A DNA stretch of 63,700 bases, filler included, from Choristocarpus tenellus KU-1152 (taxonomy: Eukaryota; Protista; Phaeophyceae): the NCBI GenBank assembly GCA_964200185.2. It is 10 parts of 10 records of this genome, joined end to end, with 100 filler letters (N's around TTAATTAATTAA, not from the genome) between each part and the next. Parts side by side here need not be neighbours in the genome. Positions count along the whole stretch, not along the records: positions 48,890 to 51,829 come from CAXNAD020023500.1; positions 51,930 to 56,119 come from CAXNAD020015773.1; positions 56,220 to 59,376 come from CAXNAD020021894.1; positions 59,477 to 63,700 come from CAXNAD020015603.1; 6 more parts are not named here. The stretch is one strand, 5' to 3'. Positions 51,689 through 63,457 of the stretch are shown here, piece by piece (the stretch's first letter is position 1; each line of letters starts with the position of its first letter). The notes under the pieces were generated by a model. The model made no database searches. It saw only the letters and a list, made by a program, of their open reading frames with translations, and was not told the DNA's origin. The position numbers and the translations under genes were made by a program.

Positions 51689-53467
51689 CTTTGAACATGG
51701 AAGTTGGGGCCGGGGCCGGGGCCGGGCGGGGGGGGGGGGGGGGGGGGGGGGGGTGGGAGGAGAGCGGAAAGCCGCCGCTGTGATTCCGCGATACCCCAAC
51801 ACCCCCTGTTGCGCTTTCCGCTTTAAAAANNNNNNNNNNNNNNNNNNNNNNNNNNNNNNNNNNNNNNNNNNNNTTAATTAATTAANNNNNNNNNNNNNNN
51901 NNNNNNNNNNNNNNNNNNNNNNNNNNNNNGGGGGGGGGGGAGCCTCAACGATCATATATTGATGTCCTGAGAACCCAAGTACGAATACTTCTTTTTTTTT
52001 CCACAAGAGGTTTCATCTCTGGATTTTGTGAATAGAGTAGGGAGTGATAGACTGAACCAAAAGGAAAACAATACCCAAAAAATGTAGTCAAGGCAGTACT
52101 ACAGCTACGCAAAGTTGTTATTTTTGTCTTGTGAGAAAATCACTTTTATCAAGTTTATTCAGCCCAATTACTCATAATATGTAGATGGCCGACAATACTC
52201 ATTAGCCCTATTTCCCTATGTATGGATCATTCAACTTGAAGCCTAACTTGCATCCTTCAAATATCCCTCGTGGCATCACATCTGAGATCTGTTTTTTGCT
52301 TGAACCATTCTTGTTATTGTGCTCACCCTACCACAACCTCCTTTGTTCACATTTTTGTCTAGCACCCCTACTGTATAGTGGAGAAATCAGCCTCACCATG
52401 GTAAGAATATCAACCATTTCACAATCGTGAATGCAAATCTCTACTGAAGAGGTTCATGTGACTTATGTGAGAAAAAATATCTGAATCCAGGCAGAAAGAA
52501 GTAAGCAAATGCTTTGTAGACCGGAATGTCCAAGATGGTGAAGACAGAAAGCAGCCTGATAGGGTTTTGATATAACCATGCAGGCATAGTATTACCTCTT
52601 ACAATCCTAGCCCTGCAGGTCCTGTCCTGCAGCCCAACAAATACAAGCAAGAAACCTTTGTGGCAATCTTCTAATATATCGATTTAATCACCTCCAGATG
52701 GGACACAAATGGGGATAGAGTTTATAGGAGTCCTTTCAAGTGGATTTTTGTGTTGTCACAAAGGTGGTCAAGCTCAGTGTGCTGTGACTGCTCCATTCGG
52801 AGGTACACTTAAGAATAAGACTTCCTCACACAATAAACACAAATCGCAGAGTGGTAGAATGTGGAGGTTTAAATATTTGGTGTGCCTAACAGGTGGTGGG
52901 GATGGATAAGAATTACCATGGTCCAGGAAAGAAACAAGAAAGTTCTTTGAAGTACAAGAGGAGGGAACATCTACCGGTGACCATGATAGACTCCATTCTG
53001 TCACTAAGATCATCAAAAGGACTAAGGACAGCACTGGTGCCTTAATGACACCACCACTTCAGAAAGGATTCACATTGCATAAACAAAGGATGGATGGCGT
53101 GAAGGGGGTGGAATGGATTATGGAAACAGGTGGTACATTCCTTTATTGCACTCCACAGTACTTTGTTCTAGACACTGCTGCACCTAGCCAACCCAGCCCT
53201 TATGCTATTGTGAATCTATCACTGTAAGTACTGAGAAACACCTTCACTTCACACACTTGGGGCACCATAAAATATGAACATATGTCAACAGCAATGAACA
53301 TTATGATACAATATATAAGTAAGTACTAAGTACTAGAACTAGTGCCTCCAGAGGACATCCACAAGAATCATGAGCTACTTAACACACATGTATGAAGCTC
53401 CCTTGTGACCTCAGGAGTTGGAATTCAATAATCATGACATTGACACATGACATTGATACAGGATTTT

Positions 53468-56016
53468 TCAGAGGCGTTGTAGCGCATTCTGAACTGCCTT
53501 GACCATAAATGTTGAGCAGCGGCTGGTACTAGTCCTAAGTACAGTCACATGAGGTTTAGACTGTGGTCCAAAGCGTGTCACTAGGATGTGGATCAGCGTG
53601 GTGAACTTGAGAGAAGTCTGCACAAGCAACGGGGGAGTTGGAAGGAGAGAAGGGGCACCCTGCATCAGAGTCTCAAGAGGAACGATATCAAGAGCGTGGA
53701 CTTGTTCAAGTTTCAAGTAATCTGGAGCTGCTCTTCACCTATACCCATCAAGAAATAGAAGGTTGTGTCCCAGAGAGTGTACATGATGATGAGGAGAGAG
53801 ATCTCAAGTAGTATACATCCTTGAGATACTGCCTAATGTAGAGAACTTGACAAGAAAATGTTCAGGAAAAGCAACCAAGGGACTTATTCATGGCAAATAT
53901 ATCAAATGGAGGTAAAATACCCTTTTTCATATGGGGTATTTCACCAGGATTAGACACTAGGGGTACACAATATAGAGGAATGCATCATCCTTACTCTGTC
54001 CAAAGACTGCCAGAAAGATAGCAGGTACAACAATGCCCTTTTCTTTGGATAGGAGGAATTGTTCCATCTAAGACAGCAACCAAAGAACAATATTATAAAG
54101 TCATCGTGGGTATCCCACACAAGACACCACCCTAACCCTAAAAAAAGAAAAGAGCACCTCTATCTCAACACCTTCATTATTGCTGCCATACCCTTCTCAG
54201 CATACAAATAGGCACCAGCCAAAATCATTCAATGACAACATAAATATTTTGGAAGGCCCAGGGGCCCTGTTGGAGACCAACAGCACCTTGTAAATACATA
54301 TCAAAAACAAGATCACACACCTGTAGCTCTGGCTGTTCAGAAGCGACCTCAATCCTTCTAACCAGTTGTGCAACAGTCTTATCTGATAAGCTCGGCTTGA
54401 GATTCAGAAGAGCCATAACCACTGGCACCGTAAGCTCTGTCCAGACACATAACCTTTCCTGCCCTCCCCTTAGTTCTCCCCCCCCTGTCATGCCTTCCTC
54501 AGCGGCCCAATTATAGACACCACTCGTGCTACCAGTGCCACCCCCCCCTGATGGCAGGCTGCACAGGCCATAAAGAACTGAGTCCAGGGTGTACTTTGGC
54601 AGTACCTGTGTTGAGGTCGAAGGGATGTGTTGGTTGAAATATGTCTAATGAATGATGTTGAAATACATCTAATGAATGATGTTGAAATATGTCTAATGAA
54701 TGATGTTGAAATACATCTAATGAATGATGTTGAAATATGTCTAATGAATGATGTTGAAATACATCTAATGAATGATGTTGAAATATGTCAAATGAATGAT
54801 GTTGAAATACATCTAATGAATGATGTTGAAATATGTCTAATGAATGATGTTGAAATACATCTAATGAATGATGTTGAAATACATCTAATGAATGATGTTG
54901 AAATATGTCTAATGAATGATGTTCCTCTCACTGGTCTCAGGGTTAGGGTTATAGTTTACAGAGTCAGCACATTGAAATCCTCAGGGTGATCCCCATAAAC
55001 ATAATTCTCCCATAGGGCAGGCTACACTCAAGGTTGATCTATGGCGGCATTGTCACACATGAGATCAGATGCATCAACACAGTATGGTGTGGTTCAACAG
55101 CACAATGACTAAAAAGAAACATCCATTAATCCTCACACATTACGTACGACCAACAGTAGGTGGGAGATTGATTGATTGATTGAATCAACATACCGGTTTA
55201 TCAACACCGATTGATTGATTGAATCAACATACCGGTTTATCAACACCAATTGATTGATTGAATCAACATACCGGTTTATCAACACCGATTGATTGATTGA
55301 ATCAACATACCGGTTTATCAACACCAATTGATTGATTGAATCAACATACCGGTTTATCAACACCAATTGATTGATTGAATCAACATACCGGTTTATCAAC
55401 ACCGATTGATTGATTGAATCAACATAACGGTTTATCAACACCAAGAAAAAGAAAAAAATATTTACCTATTTACCTGTTTAATCAACCTCAAGCACAGCTC
55501 ACACTGCGCAGATCCCAACAAAGCAGGATCTCCCTCGCATAGCAGGGGCAGCACTAGTCCCTCAATGACTGCTCCAGGGCGTGCCTTCGCCACCCCAGAA
55601 ACAGCTGTAACCAGCACCCTTGACGCAGGGGACGTTAGTGCTCTTGCCTTGGGAACCAGCAACCGAGATACAAACAAAGAGCAATTGCCAAGGCTAAGGG
55701 CTGGAGTCACAAACCCATCACATACAGCAAGAATCAGATCATCACCACAGCCTGGTCCACTTAAGTCTAGACCCTCAATAACCAGCTGAAGGGGGGACGG
55801 GCCACCTGCAGCACCTCCCTCAGCTCCAGGTGATGCATTTGTGGTAGCTGCAGCTTTGAGCAAAGATACGACAACTGCTGCAGCTGCCTTCATGTCCTTG
55901 GATGTTGCCCCCCTAGCCCCCACAGCAGAAACCCTTGCCTTACAACCAACCAAGCGCTCCTTCAAGTGGTCTGGAAGTCTGCTCACTTTCTCCACTTGAA
56001 CACATTTCTGTCCAAC
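53468..56016 (-). CDS. FANCE: Fanconi anemia group E protein, C-terminal domain; exons 56016-55474, 54605-54321, 53617-53468
   Basis: LSLGNCSLFVSRLLVPKARALTSPASRVLVTAV...GSAQCELCLRLIK - ...VWTELTVPVVMALL... - TSLKFTTLIHILVTRF...STFMVKAVQNALQRL* parallels FANCE LSLSNA...LTSSASRLLTTAL...GPAQTELL / PWKEET / SMAYAKL...TTFLRKSLKAALKHL. All junctions are phase 0. Confidence 0.88.
54633..54923. repeat. 24-bp minisatellite (GTTGAAATATGTCTAATGAATGAT)12 with alternating TGT/CAT variants, FANCE intron
   Basis: Directly visible; it produces the MNDVEI[C/H]L repeat ORF. Confidence 0.97.
55167..55442. repeat. 39-bp minisatellite (ATTGATTGATTGAATCAACATACCGGTTTATCAACACCG/A)7, FANCE intron
   Basis: Directly visible; the units are near-identical. 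Confidence 0.97.
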
Positions 56017-56271
56017 CTGAACATCCTGCCCGCCAGCAAGGACTTCCTTTGCCCCCCCCCCCCCCCCCCAAGTTTTTTTCCTCCTCTAGTTGTCCAGTTC
56101 TTCCTGACCACTATCCCACNNNNNNNNNNNNNNNNNNNNNNNNNNNNNNNNNNNNNNNNNNNNTTAATTAATTAANNNNNNNNNNNNNNNNNNNNNNNNN
56201 NNNNNNNNNNNNNNNNNNNAAAAGGGAGAAAAACAAAACTTGAGGACACGCGCCGAAAGAGGGGGGGGAAC

Positions 56272-56321
<50 letters not shown>

Positions 56322-56801
56322 ATCTAGTACAACACAACAGACAAGAGAATAGCATCTTATCTGTGATTTAACCCAATAGCCCTGGCGATATTCACCACTA
56401 CTTGATACTTTTTTGTACCCAAAGGGTAATCTGAAGCAATACCTTGGAAGAAGATCGAACAAATAAGCCTTCCAGAATAGATCAAAGTTTCCTTCATACA
56501 GGACCCTCTTGACTCCTTCTCCATCACCCCCAGCAGTTACAACGAGCACATAAAATCCAAACAAATGCAAGATACAATATACAGGAGGCAGTCCTCTTGT
56601 CTGTTTCCAACATAGCCTGTTCTGAGGCACTACAGAGCTGTGGCAGGGAAGGTGACCTTGTTAGACCTTCAACTGCCACCATATTTCATTCCATGTTCTG
56701 TTACCCTAGCGCAGGAAGCTGTGGAGCATTACTTCACTCTCCCCCCTCCCCAGGTCTTTTCAACCACCACCCATCCAGCTCACACTCCATAATCGGTAGT
56801 A

Positions 56802-59037
56802 TCATCCACAAGACGGAGCCCTAACAGGTATACCCACATAACCAGCATCTGCCTCCCCACACAAAGTACCACTCCTCCCACAAAGCCCAACCAAAGATTC
56901 TGCCTTCATTACCGCCTCTGATACACCCCTCAGCTTAGCCTCCACATCAGAATCCTCAGATTCAGGCTCAGAATCTGAAGCTGCATCCTCTGCTTCAGCA
57001 GCAGCCTCTGCAGCAGCAGCGCAAATCTCAGGCCCAGCTTGCTGCTCCTGAGCTTTACCTGCAACCACCGAGGGAGACAACTGAGGAGATGAACTTGGAA
57101 CTGACTTGCGTCGACGCCTGCTCAATCTTCCTTCTTGAGACGCCTCCTCCTGAGTGTAAGGTTGTGAAAAAGAATTACGCCGTATGGATGAGCGTTGGGG
57201 GCGTGGTGATCGTGGTGACCCCTCGTGCCCAGCCCCAGAGCCAGTTCCGGCACTGCTCCTGGATCGTCCCAGTCCAGCCACAGGCACTGGTGCCGTCGCT
57301 CCAGTAGTCGCCTGCTGTTGCTGCTTGGACTTGATGGGTGACAACAGTAGGCTAGAATTGCAGTGAGAAACAACACCTTCTCCAGGCAACAAAGGGGATG
57401 AACACCCTGGCAAAGAGTTGGAAGCGCCAACCTCTAGAGGTGAGACACACAGAACAGTCCGCACTACCTCCTGCCCCTCCCTCTCCCTCTTCCCCTTATC
57501 TCCATTCTCCTTGCCCATTTCTCCATCACAACCAGGGGTTGCAGATAATTGGAGAGTTTCAGACGGTACAGAACTTTCCTCAAGGGACAAAAAGGATGAC
57601 ATCCGACGGCGTGTGCGCACATGCCGTGCCCTCTTCGGCCCTCCTGCTCTCTCTCCCTCCACCTCTGAAACTTCTTCTACAGGAGTGTCAACAACCTGCT
57701 CGCCCTTTCCCTCCCCCTCTATAGCCACTACCTTTTCATTTCTTGATTCATTTTCAGCCTGTGGCTGTTGTCCAGAAAGTCCAATCCTCCCTGGGATTGT
57801 CATTGTAGCTCGGCGTTGCACAAGCTGTTGCACCACCCGTTGCACCTGCTGGCGCTGGCCCTCTGTCTGTGGAGAGCCAACGTTTATGGGGATGCGTCGC
57901 ACATCATGTACAAACTGGCAGCGGTCCATGGACTCTTTGGCATCAAGGCCATACATCAGGTGGAGCATGATGGAAACCACAGTGCCTGTGCGGCCATGCC
58001 CCCCCCAGCAGTGTAGATACATCACCTCGCCCTTTGCTACCCTATCCGCCAAGTTCGCTGCCAAAAGAAGGACCTAGAGTGGATGGGGGAAAAACATATT
58101 GGCGGGAGAGTAGGTTGGGGGTGGGTGAGAGTAATCGTGTGGTGCAGGGAAGTGGGGTGGGGTCTCCATTGCGAGAGGGTAGGAAGTCTCATGATTGCTG
58201 CGGTCAATTTAGTTGTCTACGATAAGCAGTTGGGAGGTCGGGGAAGTCGGCGCCGCCCTCGACGATGAGGCTAGGGACGAATCATCAAACAAAAGATACC
58301 TTGGTATCGTCAGCAACGTTGCAGTCCACGATTGGGAAATGGACAAAATCTGTCTTGTCTGGTTCAGTGATTGTCGGATAGACCATAGGGTCACATTTTC
58401 GGAGCTCCTGGAGTTTCCGGAGGAGCTGCAGCACGTCCTGGTAGTATGGGCGCAGGGCGTCCCCTGATCGCCACATTTTTTCTGTTACCCCTTCTGCGAG
58501 GTACTCTTGCTGCAGGCACACGAACGTCGACACCCCTTGCAGGAGAATAGAGCACAAAAGGTGGGCATGATGATTATCCTCCATGGAAGCCGGGTACGCC
58601 CCTACCAGAAGCTTCCCTGGCAAAACCCAGTTGGATTCCATCGTGGGACCAAGGTAGTCATCTCGCCTTCGACCGATCTCATCATAACTCTCTAACTCAG
58701 GGAATATGCCTGCTTGGCGCAGCACCTGCTTCAGATGGCAGCGAGGAAGCGGAAGGCGGGATCGAGTGGGGATGGTGAAGGGGTGCGAAGTGTTGGTCAG
58801 GTATACTGAGGTCTAAGATAATAGGGGAGGGGTATGAGTTGGAATGCAAGAAAGATTTTGCCGCAAACGGAAAAAGATAAGTATCTAGGGAAACTCGAGG
58901 AGCACGAAATATACCTCGATCTTGTCCACATCCCCCAAACCAGCGTTGAATCCATTAGATGCTGTGCCAACCGTTTGTTGTGGTAGTTGAGTGGGAGGCG
59001 CCAACGGTGGCGCCAAAGAGCGCGCCTCTGTTCTCAT
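56802..59037 (-). CDS. Dual-specificity / protein-tyrosine phosphatase superfamily protein, ~606 aa; exons 59037-58915, 58725-58300, 58073-56802
   Basis: Motifs SNWVLPGKLLVGAYP, GVSTFVCLQQE, FVHFPIVD, catalytic YLHCWGGHGRTG (CX5R) and SPQTEGQRQQV, followed by a long disordered tail. Two phase-0 GT-AG introns; ATG to stop appears complete. Confidence 0.92.
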
Positions 59038-59476
59038 ACTACCGTTTGCAAATATGCTGGTAAAAGATGGATCTCGAAGGTTTCTTCAGACACTGTTTTT
59101 GATTACTGGTGGAAGCGTTGAGTTGAAGTGGCAATCTTAGCTCGGCCTTGTCCCCTTATCTCTTTCCGTGAGTTGGTTTGCAGACAGACCCGTTGATGTA
59201 CAATTCCAGACCGCAGGAGCAGATAATCTACCAACGACCGAATCACTCCGTCTACGGAGATCGATGAACAGGTATAGAATAACCAGCTGGAACTAACCTC
59301 CGTATCACCCCCTCACAAGAGGCTTTCCCCGCTGTCCCAGCTTCAGTGTTGAAGGAGGTGCCAAAGTGTACCCACCNNNNNNNNNNNNNNNNNNNNNNNN
59401 NNNNNNNNNNNNNNNNNNNNTTAATTAATTAANNNNNNNNNNNNNNNNNNNNNNNNNNNNNNNNNNNNNNNNNNNN

Positions 59477-59643
59477 TTCGTACTTGTCAGAACTCAAGAA
59501 ATAATCCTCACACTCTACGTCTGTTACAAATGTTCGTATTTGCTGAAACATAAAAAGGAAATGCTCGCGCTATTCGCGTGTAACAAACGCTTGTACTTCG
59601 TTGAAATACAAGAAGAAAAGCTCACGCTATTCGCCTGTAACAG
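59477..59643 (-). mobile_element. Second copy of the LTR-like terminus seen at 4365
   Basis: Diverged reverse complement of 4365-4476. The terminal motif CGCTATTCGC[G/C]TGTAACA is present twice (59568-59585 and 59625-59642). Confidence 0.5.
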
Positions 59644-59803
59644 ATCTGTGTGAAATTTGAACTAAAGGTGAGAAACATTATTTTTCAGAAGAGTTTCACA
59701 AGCAATCGAACATTCTTTTCCTGGATTACAATAGCTAAAACAGCACAAATCCCTTCTACATCTGGCTTAGGAAACTTGCTCTTGGGCCTCTCGCCCTACT
59801 TAC

Positions 59804-61413
59804 CGAAAATGGTGTTTCTGGCCTCCTCGGACAGCTTAAGAGGGAGTACTACATGTTCATACAGAGCCCTCTTGGCTGTCCTATTCCCCACTATTGCGGA
59901 GAATACGCCTGCAGTGCCAGGTGAACGCCCTCCACCTGCCAATGGTGGACTCCCAGTTTCAGAAGTGATGGTGTCGTCAACAGAGCCTGCTGAAGGAGAG
60001 TCCTCGGTGCTTTTTTTGGACTGTTGAAATGCCTCCAATGATACGCTTTGGTTCACTCGTGACGTCTGAAACAAAGTGCATATGGTTTGCTAGGTAATTA
60101 GTGAATGGATATGGGGACAGGAAATGGATAGCCTGGGCGCTAAGTCAGGGGTCAACTTAACAGAAAGTTTAGAGGCTTCGAAAAAAGGATGGGGAGAAAG
60201 GGGATTATGCAATCAATTGCGGTATTGATGTGAAGGGAGCACGTAGAAGTCGTTTTGTTTTGATATCGATATCATGAGGATCTGGGATAGATCTGATTAG
60301 AGGGTGTCGGCTTGACTGTTGATAGACGGGTTTGAAAAGCATGACCTGAAGTAGTTTTCGTGCGGCCTATATCCTGCAAAGGCTCAAAGTATCTGTGGGG
60401 GGGGGGGGAAGTCTACACCATGGTGTCCATTTGGGCCATGAGCAGGAAAAGTGCGCTTACATTATCCATCTGAAGTATGCGACCAAATCACAAAGAAATG
60501 GCGACATGAAAAAATATTTGACCCCAAAGGGACAGCCGCCACCCCCCCCAGATACTTTGAGCCCAAAGCAACATACAGATTAAGCAAGCCTCTGTGAATC
60601 TAATTAGTCCATACTCACCGGTGGGTCCTCATTCTTTTTCCAATCCTTCTGCAATAGTTCCTGCTTCCTTGCAATGGACCTCATCAAAATGCCACTGCAG
60701 AGATCGAGTGAAGGAGCATACCTCCCTGGACAGCACGTTAGACACAGCCCGAAACTAAGAGAATTCTTGGCACTAGGGTCAGGCAAGAACCTACAGACAA
60801 TAAATCTCCCGTTGATACAGTCTTTCGAGAGGCAGCTCTTCAACAGGCTACCAATTTTTGGCGGATACGGCACCCAAACGTTGTCAAAGTACAGGTTGTA
60901 TGTTTTCGGTTTCCATACGCAACTTACTCACGTCTATGGCGAAAGGATAGAAGGTACACAGAGAGTATTTTGCTCACCTAGCTCCAAATCGAACGTAGGG
61001 GAGGCCCTGACCACGTCGAGGAGAGCCCTTGCTGCAACGAGGCTGTTGTACTGGGAAAAGTCAACTTCACTCTTTGAAGTTTCCTCAACTTTTATATGAG
61101 TGAGGCATACTTTGGCCTGCACAAATTCGGAGTGAAAAGTGTGGCAATGGGAAGGTTTATAGTTAGGGGGAGTGCAGCTCCAACTATCCCTGGAAGGACT
61201 GTTGTACAAAAAGCCCAGCGATGTTGGGCAGCCTCCTCGCTCTCTATACAATATTGAGACGTTTTCTCATGCAAACGAATGGCGGCGTATAGTGCGGACA
61301 AAAAAGCACAACGACTCGCGAACGAATCCGTCGACATTCGACAGTCGAGAGGACGTCTTCAGATCACCCACCAGGCTCGTAGCTTTCCCAATCAGGTCCA
61401 CGTTGGTGGTCAT
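59804..61413 (-). CDS. Meiotic-clade AAA ATPase (VPS4/katanin/spastin-like), 5' part; exons 61088-60978, 60725-60619, 60020-59804, first exon probably from 61413
   Basis: VFSAIVGNRTAKRALYEHVVLPLKL...IFG matches the F/WxDIxGxxxAKxALxExVILP pre-Walker-A signature. The three listed exons splice in phase. MTTNVDLIGKATSLV resembles a MIT-domain start (tentative). Walker motifs lie beyond the contig end. Confidence 0.65.
60381..60563 (+). mobile_element. MITE family A copy, intronic
   Basis: GGCTCAAAGTATCTG ... CCCAGATACTTTGAGCC with a 4-bp TSD CAAA (60377-60380 and 60564-60567). Confidence 0.9.
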
Positions 61414-61859
61414 CGTGATGTCTGATCAGATGGTGATCGAGGAAATAGGCACTTGTCGCTTTCGCCAGAAAAATAAAAATAAAGAAAGACAGTGTCAGTC
61501 ATGTTTGTTGTCCTGGCTTTCTTGTGAACTTGGTCCAACATCCAGAAACATCTTGCAATGACCACAAGAACGCAAGGGATTCGGCAAGAGCTCAGCTTCT
61601 CTCAACGTTGTCAAGGTCTCATCTTGGTTTCTTTGGCCTTGGCCATAAGCTCGAGCGTTGCAAGCGGCGTTTCCCCAGACGCAGCCAAGCCAATTGCAAG
61701 CATGTCTTCGCACAACAGCAAGGTGTGTTGGCTGCACCGCACTATTAGAACCTACCTCAACCTCTGTGGCAAACCTTGCACCTTTTTATGTTACTCCACA
61801 GTAATCGACGTATACTGCTCATTGGTGCACCCGCTTCTCGCTGATGGTTTGGTGTCAAG

Positions 61860-62700
61860 GATGGTCAGTAAAACCAACAGTGCGCCAAAGCTGGCTGCCT
61901 TGGCACAGCACACACTGTTGCAATGTACTATAGACAACCCAGGTATCCCCACCTGATTCCTGGACCAACCACATCCATTGTCGACCTACCCTCCCCGAAA
62001 TCACTAGGGGTATGCTAGGATGAAGAACCCTCTCATCAACATAGGGCTGGGCTTTACGCAAGCCGAGCGGAGTGCACACGGCCTCGAAGGTCTGCTTCCT
62101 GCAGCCGTGATGAGCCTGGTAAGTCGCTGCACTCAATCATTGCATTTAATGGGACTGAACAAGGCTAGAACATTGCACTTGATTCGGGGCATCAGTCATA
62201 GTGGTTAAGACCTGGTGAGTGCAGGTCATGCCCTGTTGCTTGTTTGAGATGAGAAACGCCATCATCCCTGTCCCACATCGATCAATCGTACCAAGAGCCA
62301 ATTCATATCTTGCTGGGGTGAGATGCTGGGTCTTGCTAGATTGTAAGATGGCGTGGACAACTTGCACGTACACTGGCACAGGGTTACATCTTGTTTTATT
62401 GGACGCGTGGTACGATCGAGCAACAGTTGTGGATGTCTCTTACGCCTTTCCCTAAAGACTGATTGATTCATGAGGTATTTCCCCATCCTTCCGTCTCGTT
62501 TCCCCCTTGAATCACCTGAAGGACACGCAAGTGGAGTTGACCATGACCGAGCTCCGAAAAAAGTCATCTGCCCTGGAGAAATACCTCTTCCTTCAGAGCT
62601 TGCAGGTCAGACCGTGGCAGTCAACCAACCAGTACACTCGGTCGTGCTAACCACACGCGTCAGTTCAACTCTCCCTACCACAGGTCTTACCTGGACATAG
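61860..62700 (-). pseudogene. Possible degraded C-terminal part of a CRE-like non-LTR element
   Basis: Intronless, stop-interrupted frames with LTPARYELALG followed by Cys/His-containing segments. The resemblance is weak. Confidence 0.25.
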
Positions 62701-63171
62701 CTAATACACATTTAGAGTGCCATCCTTTCTCGTGGATCCCTTTGGGTGTTATCCGCACCTGTGTGAAGCAGTAGGACATTCTTGCTGTTCTGATGATGAT
62801 TAGACGACTGTGATGAGGAGGTATTCATGATATAGGAGCAGCACCCCTTGCGGTTTGTACACACACATGCACAGAGAGAGAGAGAGAGAGAGACTCCCTC
62901 TCATCACTCTGTTAATCATTCTTTGCCTGCCATGCTGGTACTAATGCTACTTGTGTACACACCCTGCTGTGTGACTTGCAAGAATCGCTTATAAAGAAGA
63001 ACAAATCCCCTTTCAGAACAATGCATTTGCTGGCGATGATTCAAAGTTTATAAAAAATTCTTTTTGCACTGAAAGTACAACAGAATAGATCGATTAAATG
63101 CACTTCCTCCCCCTTTACACAGCAAGCCTGGTACAGCGTGTGCGCATGTTGTACACCATTAGAAAACACAT

Positions 63172-63457
63172 CCTTCCGATCTCATTGGTCTAAAGACGCA
63201 ACCTTCTGATCTTATTGGTCCAATGAATAAGCTTCCGATCTTAATGATCTAAAACACATCCTTCCGATGTCATTGGTCCAAAATCACAACCTTCTTTTCT
63301 TATTTGTCCGAAGCATAACCTTCCGATCTTATTGGTCTAGAATCAAGACCTCCTGATCTTATTGGTCTAAAGCATAACCTTCCGGTCTGATTGGTCTGAA
63401 ACACCACCTCCCGATCTTATTGGTCTAAAGCACAACCTTCCAACCTTATTGGTCTAA
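63172..63457. repeat. 29-30-bp tandem array, 10 units (CCTTCCGATCTTATTGGTCTAAAGCATAA consensus)
   Basis: Units start at about 63172, 63202, 63231, 63260, 63290, 63319, 63349, 63378, 63407 and 63436. Confidence 0.92.

Noticed and set aside
54627-55444. Repeat-protein ORFs (MNDVEIHL)n and (VLINRYVDSINQ)n
   Set aside because: These are translations of intronic minisatellites whose unit lengths happen to be multiples of 3. The flanking FANCE exons splice in frame without them.
56262-56320. Long poly-G/poly-C runs giving poly-Pro/Gly ORFs at contig ends (also ~38840, ~51730, ~56053)
   Set aside because: These are homopolymer tracts at assembly breaks with unreliable lengths and no evidence of coding.
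4575-59476. Recurrent TTAATTAATTAA motif, and apparent clustering of meiosis/repair genes (RNF212, FANCE)
   Set aside because: The motif is an artificial six-frame-stop linker. The genes are on separate contigs, so their co-occurrence is not evidence of a cluster.
63172-63457. CRISPR-like appearance of the 29-30-bp array
   Set aside because: The variable part is only 8-10 bp and related between units, the repeats are degenerate, there are no cas genes and the context is eukaryotic.
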